The notes: generated by a model not told the origin, from the letters alone. Numbered from the stretch's first letter, positions 38,040 to 51,400 are shown. The stretch is 64,000 bases of DNA from Azolla caroliniana (GCA_043228905.1 JBHGNT010000001.1:1240001-1304000), one strand, 5' to 3'. Program-made: numbers and translations.

Positions 38040-38845
38040 GAGCCGGCAGCTTCAAAGATCTAGCACACATATCATGCTCCTCAAACAATTATATCCAAGT
38101 ATTGGCAAAAAATCTGGAAACAACATCATGTGGGGCGAATTACCACGTTCCAATGGCTATTAATATATAAGGCCCTATCGGTTGGAGCATGGGAACCTTA
38201 ACTCTCCTAATTGTGTAGCGTGCCCAAATGCAACAGAATCAATCTACCATGCTTTGTGGGAATGTCCAGAGACCCATCGAATATGGCGGGGGGTTGGCCG
38301 CCTATTGCAATTATGCTAGGTGCAAGGCACAATCAAGTGAGGAAATGTATGTTGGTTATCATGGCAGGCCCCATCTGATAGGTACGAGCATCAGGAGGAC
38401 GAGATGACTTTGGTGATAAAAGCTCAAGAGGATTTTTTTTCCACCATCGACAATTTCCACTCAACTCTTATTACTTCCAAATCTCAAGTTGTGTAGGAAT
38501 TGGTCAACCCAATAACTCATTGGACTCTATGGAAACAACAGTGTCGACGAGTCATTTCCAACCAAATAACACATCCAATAATGTTAATGCAAGATATATG
38601 GAGTGAAGTTGTTGCCACTGGAGAGAGTTAATATAATGGCCTCAAGGCGGCTTTGATGAAGTTGAAAGACAACGACTAGCCTTCATGCAACAATGGTCGC
38701 CCTATCCATTTCTTAAGTCAGTGGGCATCCACATAAGGTGGAACTATCACATCCCTACAGGGATTTGTATATAACACTCTCATCTGTAAATTTTTATAAC
38801 TAATGGAAGAAGTTTTTATTGGAAAAAAGAGAAAAAAGAAGAAGA
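38040..38845 (+). mobile_element. 5'-truncated LINE 3' end, copy 3
   Basis: CVACPNATESIYHALWECPETHRIW is a zf-RVT-type CCHC motif. Same 3' UTR and A-rich tail as copies 1 and 2. Confidence 0.8.
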
Positions 38846-39248
38846 AATCACATGCATATAGAAATTTATTAGTGTTTGTCTTTCTAAATATCAAAGTCGT
38901 GGAAATTTATAATATTGAGGAGTAAAGATGGTCTAGGTGTGGAATACCCAAATCATACATTTTCTTGTTTGACGTTATACAACATAACCTTGTTACAATG
39001 CAATGGAAGAAATCTAGTCTCCCAATAACTTCTTGAATGTTGAACGAAACATAATCTCATGTAATTTTGCAGTTGCATTATCTTGAACTTAAAATCAAGA
39101 CAAGTTGATGGCATTGTGTAAATCTCTATGGCTCAGAGCTCCATGCATTTGACTGAACTTGTTATTAAAGTAAATATATTGTAATAATTTGATAGAAGGA
39201 TTGTAAAGAGTGTGAGACGTGGGTGGTGTTGTGCAACAGAAACGAGTT

Positions 39249-39285
39249 GTGTGTGTGTGTGTGTGAGAGTGCATGTAAGGCAAAA

Positions 39286-39330
<45 letters not shown>
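39249..39330. repeat. Compound (GT)n...(GA)n microsatellite
   Basis: Direct reading of the sequence. Confidence 0.9.
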
Positions 39331-39332
<2 letters not shown>

Positions 39333-41040
39333 TGAACAAGAAGTTGTATATGTAAAAAGATAAATTACATCCAACAATAACTAAGTTGCAACGAGTTGGT
39401 TTAAATACCAAGTGGTCTAGGGCAATTGCACTTTCTACTAATTACAAAACTAGCCTAGTATGATGTCCACTTACTAGTGTGAACACTTTCTCTAAGGGAA
39501 GTTGAGTTTGATTCTGGACAAGGATACAAGATGACCACGAATATTGTAGGATAATGCATTATCATCTTCTACCATCCACAACATATGTACAGTTGTCTTA
39601 TGTAATGATGTAAGTTAGGTTATTTATTTATTTAAACGTACAATGAAGTACTATAATCCTATTTATTACAACAAAATATTGGTCACCAATACAATGCACT
39701 CCCCTTAAACAATATGAGCTTGCATTTTTAACTGTAAAAAGGCATAGAATAGAAAGTTCACATTTAATTATTTTCCTTAACTGTACACATTTTGTCTTCG
39801 TCTTATGATGATCATTATAGATTGTATTACTTGTCTTTTAATGTGGATTGTCTTGTGACATTGTTGTAACATTCAACTTAGGAAAATTGTTGAGAGACAA
39901 GCTCAACATCGGCCAGATCGGCTGCGCAAGCCAAGGACCGGATCGGTTGGGACCAATCGGTTAGGCCGGACCGGTGCGTAAAACGGATGCGTAAACCGGT
40001 ACGCAAACCGGTGCGTAGGAAGGTCGTATCGGTGCGTAAACCGGAAGGCCGTTAGAAAGATATTCCTCGTAAGGAATAGTTTTGGGAGTAAGTCGAGGCT
40101 CATTTATGAGCAGTCAAGTACTGTCAGTACTTGTGTCAGCCCGATTGTCAGGGCTTGTATAAAAGTGCTCACTGAGCACAGCCTATGTACAGATTGAGTA
40201 TTATCTTTTTGAATTAAGTTCTTGTGTTTACTCTCTCTCTGTCTCTCCTGTGCGTACTGTGCAAACCTAAGCTATCCATTAAACCTACGTTTTCTGTTGT
40301 TCATTTTTTCTATATTGCTTCCGCACGCCATTCTTTTCATGGTATCAGAGCACGAGGGTTGAGAACCTCTACAACCAACTTTGCTCAAAGGAAAAACCAA
40401 CGAAGAAGAACAAGAAAACCGATGGACAGAGGAATGGCTAGCTCCCTTCCGACGGAGAAGCTCGACAAAAACAACTACGCATCTTGGTCTTACAAGACAG
40501 TACCTGCTTGGACACGGTTACTGGAGCTATGTCGATGGTGTCATGATATGGCAAGACTCGAACCCATGACCTTAGGTTATATGGGTCGAGCTCTTGACCA
40601 TTAGATCATCTATTGTAATACGTAAGATATTATTTTCATTTACATTTTATTATAGGAAATTAGTGTATATTCCAGATTTCTCTGGAACATTCTAGAAGCT
40701 TCAGGATTACTCCTGAAAACACTATAAAAGAGGGCACTAGGCATTATGTTGAACCAAATTGGTTCAACGCCAGTCTTAAGCCTTTTAGCCACCATTGTAT
40801 ATTCTCTTCATATAATACATATCTTTCTTATCATCACACACACTCTCTCTCTCTTTCTCTCTGTCTCGCTCACTTCTTCCTTCTCTCGAAGAAGTTCCAC
40901 ACCTCTCATAGTACTAATCCTTCGTTTAGTACTAATTCCTTCTCTGTCTCAGTACTGTTCATGACAGTTTGAACCAATTTCCCCTACCTTCTGTCTCTCT
41001 CATTTCCTACTAATCTTTTATTCCTCTTTTCTTTCATCCC

Positions 41041-42550
41041 ATGGCCACTGTTAGCGCTGAAGAATATCAATCTGTTTTCTCGGAATTTCAATGCTTGAAG
41101 GAGAAGTTCCATGCTTTGGAACAAGAAAACCAACGGTTGTTAGGGGATCTTCAGCAAATCTCCTTAGAAAAGCAGCAAACGCAACAATAACATGGGGAAC
41201 TTGCGTTACGCGTGCAACAACTCGAAGCAACCATTGTAGCGATGCAACAACAAGGGCCCGGAACACAAGGGATTCATAAAGAACCCAAGATTGGCCTTCC
41301 CACGAAGTTCGATGGAACGCGATCGCAGTTTAGAGGGTTCCTTAACCAGGTACGATTAGTTATTCAAATGCATCCTTCCCGATATCCTACCAATGCATCA
41401 TGAGTGGGTTTAGTAGGCACTTTGTTAAGTGGCTCAGCGTTGTCATGGTTCGCTCCACTATTAGAAAAGGAATCTCCGTTACTCAACAATTTTGAAGAGT
41501 TTCTAGGTGAGTTTAAAGCATGTTTCGGAGATACTGACAACATCAGGACCGCAATCAACAAAATCCGGCGATTACGCCAAGGTGACCGTCCTGCCTCCGC
41601 ATATGCTGCAGATTTTTGCCTACTCGCCGCCGATATCCTTTGGGATGATCAAGCGTTGATGGAGCAATTCCGTTATGGTTTACGCAATGACGTCAAGGAT
41701 TTACTATTGACCTTCCCCGAAGAGCCAAAGTCCTTAACAGAAGCAATCAGTCGCGCGGTGAGATGTGACAACCGCCTCTTTGAGCGACGTTCAGAACGAC
41801 AGCTACAGATGCCGAGGGCAAGATCAGAGCCCACCTACGCCTCAGTGGTAGCAAGACCTTTTCCGAGGGAGTCATATAATGCGCCTCCAACGAATACTCC
41901 GACTCCGATGGAGATTGACACTAGACGTCGTCGAGGGCCATTATCCGAATAAGAAAAGCAGCGACGCCGTACAAATCGACTATGTCTTTACTGCGGTGGA
42001 CCAAGACATATCGCAATAAATTGCCCCCATAGGCCAAGAAAACAGGTAAACCAAATAGTCGCTAGTTCTAATTGTACTAAATCCGAGCCTATTTCAGTAG
42101 GGATATCTGATAGTCCTAATAGTACTAATATCCCAGATCTAGCAAACAAATTTGATGTCCTTAGTCAGTTAGAAGAAGAGTTAAACGACTAAGTCCAGCC
42201 AAAATAGGAGCCGTTTGGTTGGACAACCCTAGATCTGTGCAGCCCATTAGTGGTTCCATTCCCTCTGAGCAAGTTAGTGATGTGTTCATAGCCCAAGTAA
42301 TAGTTAGTACTAAAAGTACCCCTCCAGTACAGGTCCTAGCACTCCTAGATTCCGGAGCTAACTCTTGCTTTATGGATAAGAAATTTGCTCAAGCTCATAA
42401 GATATCCCTAAGAAAACTCCAGTGTCCAACCTCTGTAGTAGTCATTGATGGACGTTCCATTGCTTCCGGAAATATCATAGAAGAGTCAGTGCCCATTAAT
42501 ATTGTCCTAGATAACTTAGCATGTGTAGTGTCATTTAATATTATTAGTAG
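41041..42550 (+). pseudogene. Element B gag-protease (disrupted)
   Basis: KFDGTRSQFRGF, LRQG, PTPMEID, CCHC knuckle and LLDSGANSCFM; internal stops; cut by element C. Confidence 0.85.
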
Positions 42551-45500
42551 CGTGCGGAAGCAGGTATGAAGACGGAATAGAAGGAAGAAAACTCAGGTTT
42601 AATGGAGAGCTTGAGCTTACGCAGTATACGCGGGAGAGAGAGAGAGAGTGAGAGAGAACACAAGAACTATATTCAACAACGACAAAATCTCGATTTACTA
42701 CTCTATACATACGTGTGTTCCATGAACACTTTTATACAAGTCCTCGAAGGACTGACTGAAGTACTGACAGTACTTCAAGGCTCATTAAGAGCTCCTACAC
42801 TAACTCCCAAATATATTCCTCACGGAATATCTTTCCTAACGGCCTCCCGGTTTACGCACTCGGCCTAACCGATCGGTCCCAACCGATCCAGTCCTCGGCT
42901 TCTTCAGCCGATCCGGCTGATGTTGAGCTTGTATCTCAACACTCCCTCTCAAGCTCAACTCGAGGCTCGTCGGGATCCTCGGACTCACAGCTCTGGTTCC
43001 TCCTGGCTTCACGCCTCGCTCGCGCTCCTCGACTTGTTCGACTTCGCGCGCTTCGACCCTTCCGGTCGGCTTGTCTGCTCATGCAGCCTTTATCAGCTCT
43101 TCTGCTGTTGCGGTGTTGACGCTTCTCTTGCTGCCTTTTCTTCCGCTTGGGCCTCGGTTGATTCAGCATATCTGAATCAAACATCCGAACCGACTCGGCT
43201 ACCTCCGATCGGTTTTCGCTCTCGTCCGAGTTGGCTATCTCCAACTCGTCTTCGGTCTTCTCGCCCTCGATGGCGTCATCTTCCCAATTCGTGGTTGGCT
43301 TCGTCTCTCTCCTTTGGCTGCTCCCCTTCTGTCCACTTCCGGACTTTTCTGCTATCTCGGTGTCGCGGTCTCCGCTCCTTTCCTGCTGCCTTGCTTGGTC
43401 GTTCGGGACTGTTCTCCCCCTCAAGTTTGGCACGTCGAGGTGATGCAACCGAGCGCACCGGAGAATTGCCGCAACTTGTCCAAACCAAGAGGCTTAGTGA
43501 AGATGTCGGCAGTCTGTCGATCCGTCGGCACGTACTGAAGTTCGACTTCACCGGAAAGGACACGCTCACGGACGAAATGGTAGTGCACCTCAATGTGCTT
43601 GGTCCGTGCGTGGAAAACGGGGTTTTTCGTGAGCTGGATGCTGCTGAGGTTGTCACAGTAGATTGTCGTCGGATCTGACACCGCCTCTTGCAGGTCCTTA
43701 AGTAGCCGCTTCAACCATATGGCTTCGCATGTCGCGACAGCCGCTCCTCGGTACTCAGCTTCGGTGCTCGACAGTGCAACTGTCGGCTGCTTCTTACTGC
43801 TCCACGCGATTGCGGCACTCCCGAGAGAGACCGCGTATCCGGACGTGGATCGGCGATCGGTCGTGTTGCCAGCCCAATCAGCATCGGTGTAGCCGACTAA
43901 CCGCGCGGCTGCACCGGTCTGATATAGCAGTCCCCGGTCCTTAGTGCCGTTGATATACCGAAGTATCCATTGCGCACACTGAAGGTGCTTCATGTCCCAG
44001 ATCCTTCATGTCGAACGATGCCGCAAGTTGGAGCTTCACGCGGTCGATTTCACCTAGGTCGGCGCCGGTGATGACCAAATCATCAACATATAGTAAAATA
44101 CTAACCGGTCTGAGTCGACCTTTCCGGATGAATAGGGAAGAGTTCGATTTTGACGTGACGAAGCCCATCCGACGCAGTTGTTGCGTGATCTTCGTGTTCC
44201 AGGCACGCGGGGCTTGCTTCAATCCGTAAAGGGACTTCTTCAGTCGGCATACTGCCGAGGAGTTCGTTCCAGAGTGAAATCCGGGGGGCTGTACCATGTA
44301 CACCTGTTCCTCAAGGTCACCTTCCAGGAATGCATTCTTTACATCTATCTGATGTAAGTGCCACCCCTTCACGGCAACTACTGCGAGCAAAACACGGACA
44401 GTCGTCATTTTCGCGACCGGCGCAAACGTCTCATCGTAGTCGATGCCGTGTTTCTGCGCGTAGCCCTTTGCCACTAGCCGAGCCTTGTACCGGTTGACCG
44501 AGTCATCGGTGTTGTACTTGACTTTGTACACCCATCTACACCCGATCGGCTTCACACCCTTCGGTGCGTCAACCAGGTCCCAGGTCTTGTTCTCCGCCAA
44601 TGCGTGCATCTCTTCCTCCATTGCGGCGCGCTAATTCGCGTCCTTCGCCGCTTCTGCGTAGCTCTCCGGCTCACGTACTTCCGCTACATGGGTCATGTAC
44701 GCATAATGATGCGCCATGTACTCGTTGTATCCGAACCGCAAAACTGGATTCTTCTGGCGGGTAGATCGGCATAATCTCACATTAGCCGATGTGGAGGCCT
44801 TCTCAGTCGACGCGGCCTTCACCTTTAAAGACCCGTCACCGGTTCCCTCGGAGTCGGATTCGCGTCGGTCTGACTCGTTCTTATCCGTGCCGGAATCCGA
44901 TACCTTCTTCTTCCCTTTCTCTTTGCGCGTAAGCCGTCTCCTCGGCTTCCTTCACGGGGAATGCACGGCCGAGTCTCCACTACTCGTCGGCTCTTCATCA
45001 GACTGATCGTACCGACTCAGTCGTCCAATCGGTCCACTTAAACGGAGTGAAATCGGACTCTCTTCGCGGATCTCAATTTCGGGCTCATCCGGAGGCAACT
45101 CGGCCTCGCTGACCTCATCGTCAGAACACGGATTGGAGTCGGGGTTCGTAGTCGGGGGCTGGTACCAGGACGCGGACTCGTCAACCACAACGTCGCGGCT
45201 AACACGTGCTTGTTTGGTGCGAGGGTTATAACACTTATAACCCTTCTGCTTGTCCGAGTAACTGACCAAGATGCATTTCTCGGCCTTTGCGTCCAACTTC
45301 CTCCTTTTCTCCTTCGGTACATGCACATACACAACGCTATCGAACACCCTCAAGTGTCGTAAGTTCGGCTTCGTTCCGAAATATAGCTCGTGCGCCGACA
45401 CTTTGTCTCCGATTCGGTTCTGGATGTATACCGCGGTCCTTACCGCCTCGGCCCAATAGAACTTGGGCAAGCTCTTCTCCTCCAGCATTGCCCGTGCCGC

Positions 45501-48451
45501 TTCCACAACTGATCGTATCTACAACTGAATTCGTGGCGAATTCCCATTTGTTGTAGGTAACCGTTGAATTGACCGGAAAAGTACTCTTTCCCGCCATCCG
45601 ACCGCATGCACTTGATCTTTCGTCCCGTTTCCGTTTCCACAAACCCTTTGAGGTTCTGGAAACAGTCGAAGACTTCGCTCTTCCTCTCAATGAGGTAGAT
45701 CCACGTGTGCCGCATGTGGTTGTCGATGAAGGAGACGAAATATCGGCTCCCGCCAAGACTAACGTTTTGTGTCGGCCCCCACACATCAGAGTGTATAAGG
45801 TCGAGCTTGTTCCGGCTCTGGTTTCGCTTGTTGGGGAAAGGAAGTCGGTGTTGCTTCCCGAGCTGGCAGGCTTCACAAATTTGTGCCTTCCGGCCACTAA
45901 ATTTGGGCAATCCGAACACTACCTGTTTCGTTTGCAGATCTAGAAGCCGCTGGTAGTTGACGTGGCCTATCCGCTTGTGCCACAAGTCGATGTCCGACTC
46001 GGATTTGTGTCCCTTCGCGAACATTGCGGTGCCGCCGTCAGTGGAGTCGAGGATGAACATCCTCCCGTCTCTGCGCCCTTGTGCAATCACACGACCTTCT
46101 TCCTCAATGAAGCACCCGAGGTGTGTAAACCGAACCTCCATCCCTTGGTCGACCATCTGTCCGACCGAGACCAAGTTCTTCGTGATTGTCGGAACGTGCA
46201 ACACGTTGTCGTGAAGAATTTCGGCCAAAGGCGGAAACCGAGAAACATTGTGTACATCGGCGGGGTGCAGCGTGTGTACGCACCCATGTACAATTAGTGT
46301 GAATATCGAGGGCGCCTTTATGGCACCGAAGAGTAGTCAAGTCGGGGCAGACGATCCCATGTAAGTCGGGATTTGTCCCACATTGTAATCCATCCCTTTC
46401 CTTGTTCTATAAAAGGAAGGGAACGCCCTTTGTAAAAGGGTTGCCCATTTTGCATTAGAGGGTATACCGTTAGGTTTAGAGTTAGTTTCTTCTTCTTCTT
46501 CTCCTTTGTGTTCGCTTAGGGTTTGGTTCAGCTCATCTCCTGCGCAAGACCCCGCTCGGTGCGACGAGCCCGTGAGCTCCCCAACGATGATGGAGCGAAT
46601 GGGCTTACGGAGGATTGGTCAAAGGTCGGAAGGGTGTGCCAACGGCTAGACAACGAGCGAGCCGAGAAGGCTGAGAGGAAGGTATGCGACGGCGTGCCAT
46701 CACAACGAGAAGAGGCTGAACGGCAAAGAGAGTCGACAAGGGTCGGCGTTGGGGCCAGGATTGCGGAGGCGTACGCAGCTCTCGAGGCGATGCTCGAGGA
46801 AGAGGAAAGACGGGGGGCCACAAGCCGAGACTGAGAAGATGGACTTGCCCCACGCGACGGTGGAAGATCGGTACATCGGTACCACGGGAGAGGGTGCGGA
46901 ACGAAACGCCCTCTCGACTTGCGGAGAAAGAACGGCCAAGGACGAGGCCGAGATACAGATTGCGGAACCGGATCGTTGGGACCAACGGTTTCGGGCGTGT
47001 CAGCCCGAGATCCCGGTCATTGGAGAAGCAAGCCCAGACAGGGCTTGCGCGATCGGTAAAAAGACGACCGCCGACCACAAAGAGTCAGTGGCTACGGACA
47101 AGGGCGTAAAACGGACGGCCGATTCTTTGTGTCTTCCCACACTTGCTCCCGGGACGATGGTACTCGGGCCCGAGTGCCCACGTGAGTCCCAAGCGGGGGA
47201 AGGCGGCGGCGATAGACCAAGAATCACATGCGAGACGATACGGGAAAGGAACGGATGAAAGCCCACGGACCCGATTCCGGAGAACTCGGCATCCGGGCCC
47301 GTATGCCCATGTAAGACTGAGGAGATGGATGACGGTACCGAGGAGTCCTGGCACGATGCCAGCGAAGATGGATGGGAAACGGCCTGTGAGGAGGCCGAGG
47401 ACGGAAACAACACGGTGAGATCGGCATTCCGATACGGGTGGAGCGTAATCCGGTCGTGGATCATTCGATCGGGGCCGGATTCGGCATGAAAGTGCCGATA
47501 TGGAAGGGGGTGCGGGACGAGCCCCCCTCTTTTACATGGGGAGAAAGACCGACTGAGCGAAGGTCGAGATTTGGAAGGGGAATGAAAGCCGGTCCTATGA
47601 GATTCCTTACATCGATCCGGCTGCAGGCCCGAGTGCCGGCGTGAGTCCGACAAGAGAGATCGGTGGCGACAAGAGAACGGGGCTCGGCAATCCGGAGAAA
47701 GACGAACAAACCCGAGCGAGAACCGGGCGGAGCGGACTCTCGGATGACCATTCCGGGAGGGAGGAAGAGAGCAGGCCTACGAAGAGGCCGAGGTCACGGT
47801 ACGTCGGTACCACGGGAGAGGGTGCGGAGTAAACCGCCCTCTCGACATGCGGAAAGGGACGACCTGGGACAGGGTCAGGAAGACAAATCGGAGGCCTACG
47901 GAGGATCCTTCACACCGGTTCTAGAGACTTCGGCAGTCGGCAACGCGGTCGACGTAAGACCAAGATACTGACGGTGGCGGCGAGGTGACGAAGGCAAGGG
48001 CGGAACGGAGTCCGGTCCTACGGGATCCCCACACTTAACTAGAGACTCCGGCAGTTCGGCCAACGTGGCAACATGAGACCGAGAGAGAAGGTTAGTGGCG
48101 GCGGGAAACGGGACCTGACTACGCGGAAGACACGAGGAGAGTCCGGGAGGGACTCAAACAAAAGACACCCGAATTACGGCAGGCATAGAAACGGAGTCCG
48201 GTCCTATGGGACCCTCACACCAATCCGGAGACCTCGGCTGATTGGCCAACGCGGCGATGTAAGACCGATGGAGAAGGACGGTGGCGGCAGGGAACGGGAC
48301 CCGACGACACGAGGTTTCGGAAGGAGCCAGTAGGGGCAAACACGGGGAGGTGTGTCAGGCTGGAAAGGCCCACCTGGGACAGAACAAGGGTCTCGCAAGT
48401 GGCCATCGCGGGCCGGATCGAAGTGTGACTATGGGACGGTGTTCGGCGCGG

Positions 48452-51400
48452 TGTTGTGAAGATTTTCGTCCACAGGTGGAAACCCGAGCAATGAGAGCCA
48501 AAGAGCGATGTGCAACGTTGCACACGTACATAATGTATTTGTAATAGTAATAAAGGTATAAAGGTGATGTGGTTGTACGCACATCCACGCGAGAGAGAGA
48601 GAGAGAGAGGTACTATGTGGTACATAGGTACCTAGTTGTTTGTGAGGACGTGGGAGTTAAGGGGCCATCAATCTCACCCTCCCCCAAATCAAGGCAAATA
48701 TCCCCTTTGAATGAAAGGGGATATTTTAGTCTCACTTTTGTAATCGGTCTTCCCTCCTTGTGCTATAAAAGGAGAGAGAAAGCACCATTGTGGGGGTTGC
48801 CCATTTTGCATTAGAGGGTATACCGTTAGGTTTAGAGTTAGCTTCTTCTTCTCCTTCGTGTTCGCTTAGGGTTTGCTTCAGCTCATCTCCTGCGCAAGAC
48901 CCCGCTCGGCACGACGAGCCCGTGAGCTCCCCGACGGCGGCTTGGCAGCTGACGACTACTGTAACCTGCCTTGGAACGGCTCGAAGCCGGGAATGTATTC
49001 TTCTTCTATATATGTATATATATATACGTTTGCGTCTGTCTGTGTATATTGGCGTTTTTTTTGGTGTCGGGTGCTCCCCCTTTCTTGCTTTTCCTGTACA
49101 TGAGGGCGTGAGTTGTGTGTGTGTGGGTGTGTGTGTGCGCGCGTGCGCGTGAGTCGGTGTCAAGCGCGCACTCCCTTTCTTTCTCTCTCTCCCTTCGGTT
49201 GCTTCCGGGGTGTTCCCGGGATGCCCCAGAAACAGTGAAGCACGACTTCCTACGCTCCGTTGCTCCCTAGTCCAAGACCCCCTGTGGTCCCGCCTTTCCC
49301 CACGCACACACGTAACAACGCGACATATTTGGTGAACCGACGTGAAGGGCGGCAAGGGAGCATGGAGATTGAAGAAGACTTGAACTTCGAGGAGATAATG
49401 GCAAAGATCATGATGGATGCACGATGGAAAAAGGCGAGGCGAGATGCGGCTCAACAAGCCGTCGAGAGGGTGGTCGATCGAGTCGGCCGATTCAACGGGG
49501 ACGATGTCCCGAGGTACTTCGAAGCGTACGATGCCGAGATGGTGAAAGGGGACGTAGACGAGGCGATGCGGCTAGAGTATTTTCCTCGAGTGGCGGCCGT
49601 ATCGGTGCACAAGGAGGTCAAGGAGCTACGAGAAGCTCATGAGTCGTGGGTGTCCTTTGAGGGAGCCCTATTGGAGGCGTACGGGTACATGGAACCGGAA
49701 GGAAGAGGTCGACATGAGTTCGATCGGTGGGGGTGCCGGCAACATGATACGAGGCGGTCGGCCACAACACGGCCCGCGAGCGGCGGAGAAGAGAGAGCGG
49801 TGAGTGGGTACGCACTACCGCCGGAAGAGAGCTCAACGCAAAACAGTTTGGAGGAACTCGACTTAGAGGTGCTAATACGGGAGGCTTGCGAGCTTGTGAA
49901 GGCGAAAATCGGAGCCGAAGAAGGGCTTGTTATGGAGACGGGCCGGAGGCGATCGGAGGATGCGGAGGATGCGGCCTCCCTAGACGTAGAAGACGGGGCC
50001 TATACGGAGGCCGGGAGAGCGTACGATGGTGACATGGGAGAGGGTGCGAAAAGAGCGACTCTCTCGTCTTGTGGCGAATGGACGGCCATGGAGGCCGATA
50101 ACTACGGATTCGGGACATGGCGGCCCGAAACATCGAGGGAGGAGGAGACAAGCGGCGGTGCCGCGACCTTACACACACCGGCCCTAGAGGCACCGGCGGT
50201 CGGCCCGATTGCTAGCGTGAGACCTAGAGCGACGGGCGGTGGCGGCGGCAAGGCGGCAAGCATAATTGATGCTTGCATATACGGAGGCGGGGTAGCCACG
50301 GACGACGATGTCCGAATGGAGGTGGCTACGGGCATAGCATCGACGAGCGGCGGCGTTGCTACCTTACACGCACCGGTTCAAGAGACCCCGACGGCCGGCC
50401 CGAGTGCCCGCGTGAGACTTAGGGTAATGAACGGTGGCGGCGGCAAGGCGGACGACCACGGCGACGATGTGGGGGAGGGTGCGGAGTGAGCGACCCTCTC
50501 GACTTGTGGAAAGAGGACGGCCATGGATGAGGCCGATATCTACGGAGCAATGGACGCCACTTCGAGAGTGGGCGAAAGTTTCGGGACACGGTTGCCCGAA
50601 ACGTTCTACGAGGATTTCGTGAGCATACTCGAGGCTTGCGAAATCGAGGAAGAAGAGGAGACAAGCGGCGGTGCCGCGACCTTCCACACACCGGTCCTAG
50701 AGACTTCGGCAACCGGCCCAAGAGCCGGTGTAAGACCTAGAGAGACGGACGGTGGCGGTGGCAAGGCGCGCAACCGAAATGACGAAGAGGAGGTTTGTAG
50801 CGCACGGAGGCGAGATCCCTCGACACTGGGGCCGGAGACTTCGGCGGTTGCGCCTGAGCGCGGACATAAGACCGGGGAGATGGGCGGTGGCCGTGAGGAT
50901 GAGAGGCCCAGAGTGGGCACGTGCGAAAAGACCGAAGGAGAAGTCCGGAGCGGCATCGAGGAGCGAGTTGGGAACCGACCCGACCGAAAGATGAGTCGGT
51001 CGGTAATCTAACTCGACCGGGAGGCGGAGCGGAAGAAGACTGAAGCGGGGGCCGGTCAACCGGGCACAAACCGAAGGAAGCCGGCAAAACCGGGATTGTT
51101 TGATCGATTTGTAGCCGGCCGGGTACGGTTACGGTGGGAGCCGGTGAGAGCGAGAAGGAGGCCTAGTGGCCACGGTGATCACGACTTGCTAGAAGACCGA
51201 GAGCGAGAGGGACCTTCCACACCCATTCTAGAGACTTCGGCGGTTGCGGATCAACGCGAGACCGGAGAGACGGCGGGTGGCGGCGAGGAGTCGGAGGCCG
51301 AAGCGGACAAAGTTATCGGAGTGGGTATCCGGTATGAGATGATGGACGAGCGGGTCCAAGATGGCGAACTCGGGTCGGAACGGGCTACGATGACAAAGGA

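Noticed and set aside
40748-40768. Perfect hairpin GTTGAACCA-AAT-TGGTTCAAC in B's 5' LTR as an independent element
   Set aside because: The 3' LTR has GTAGAACCA, so it is not perfectly conserved. Better treated as part of the self-primer region.
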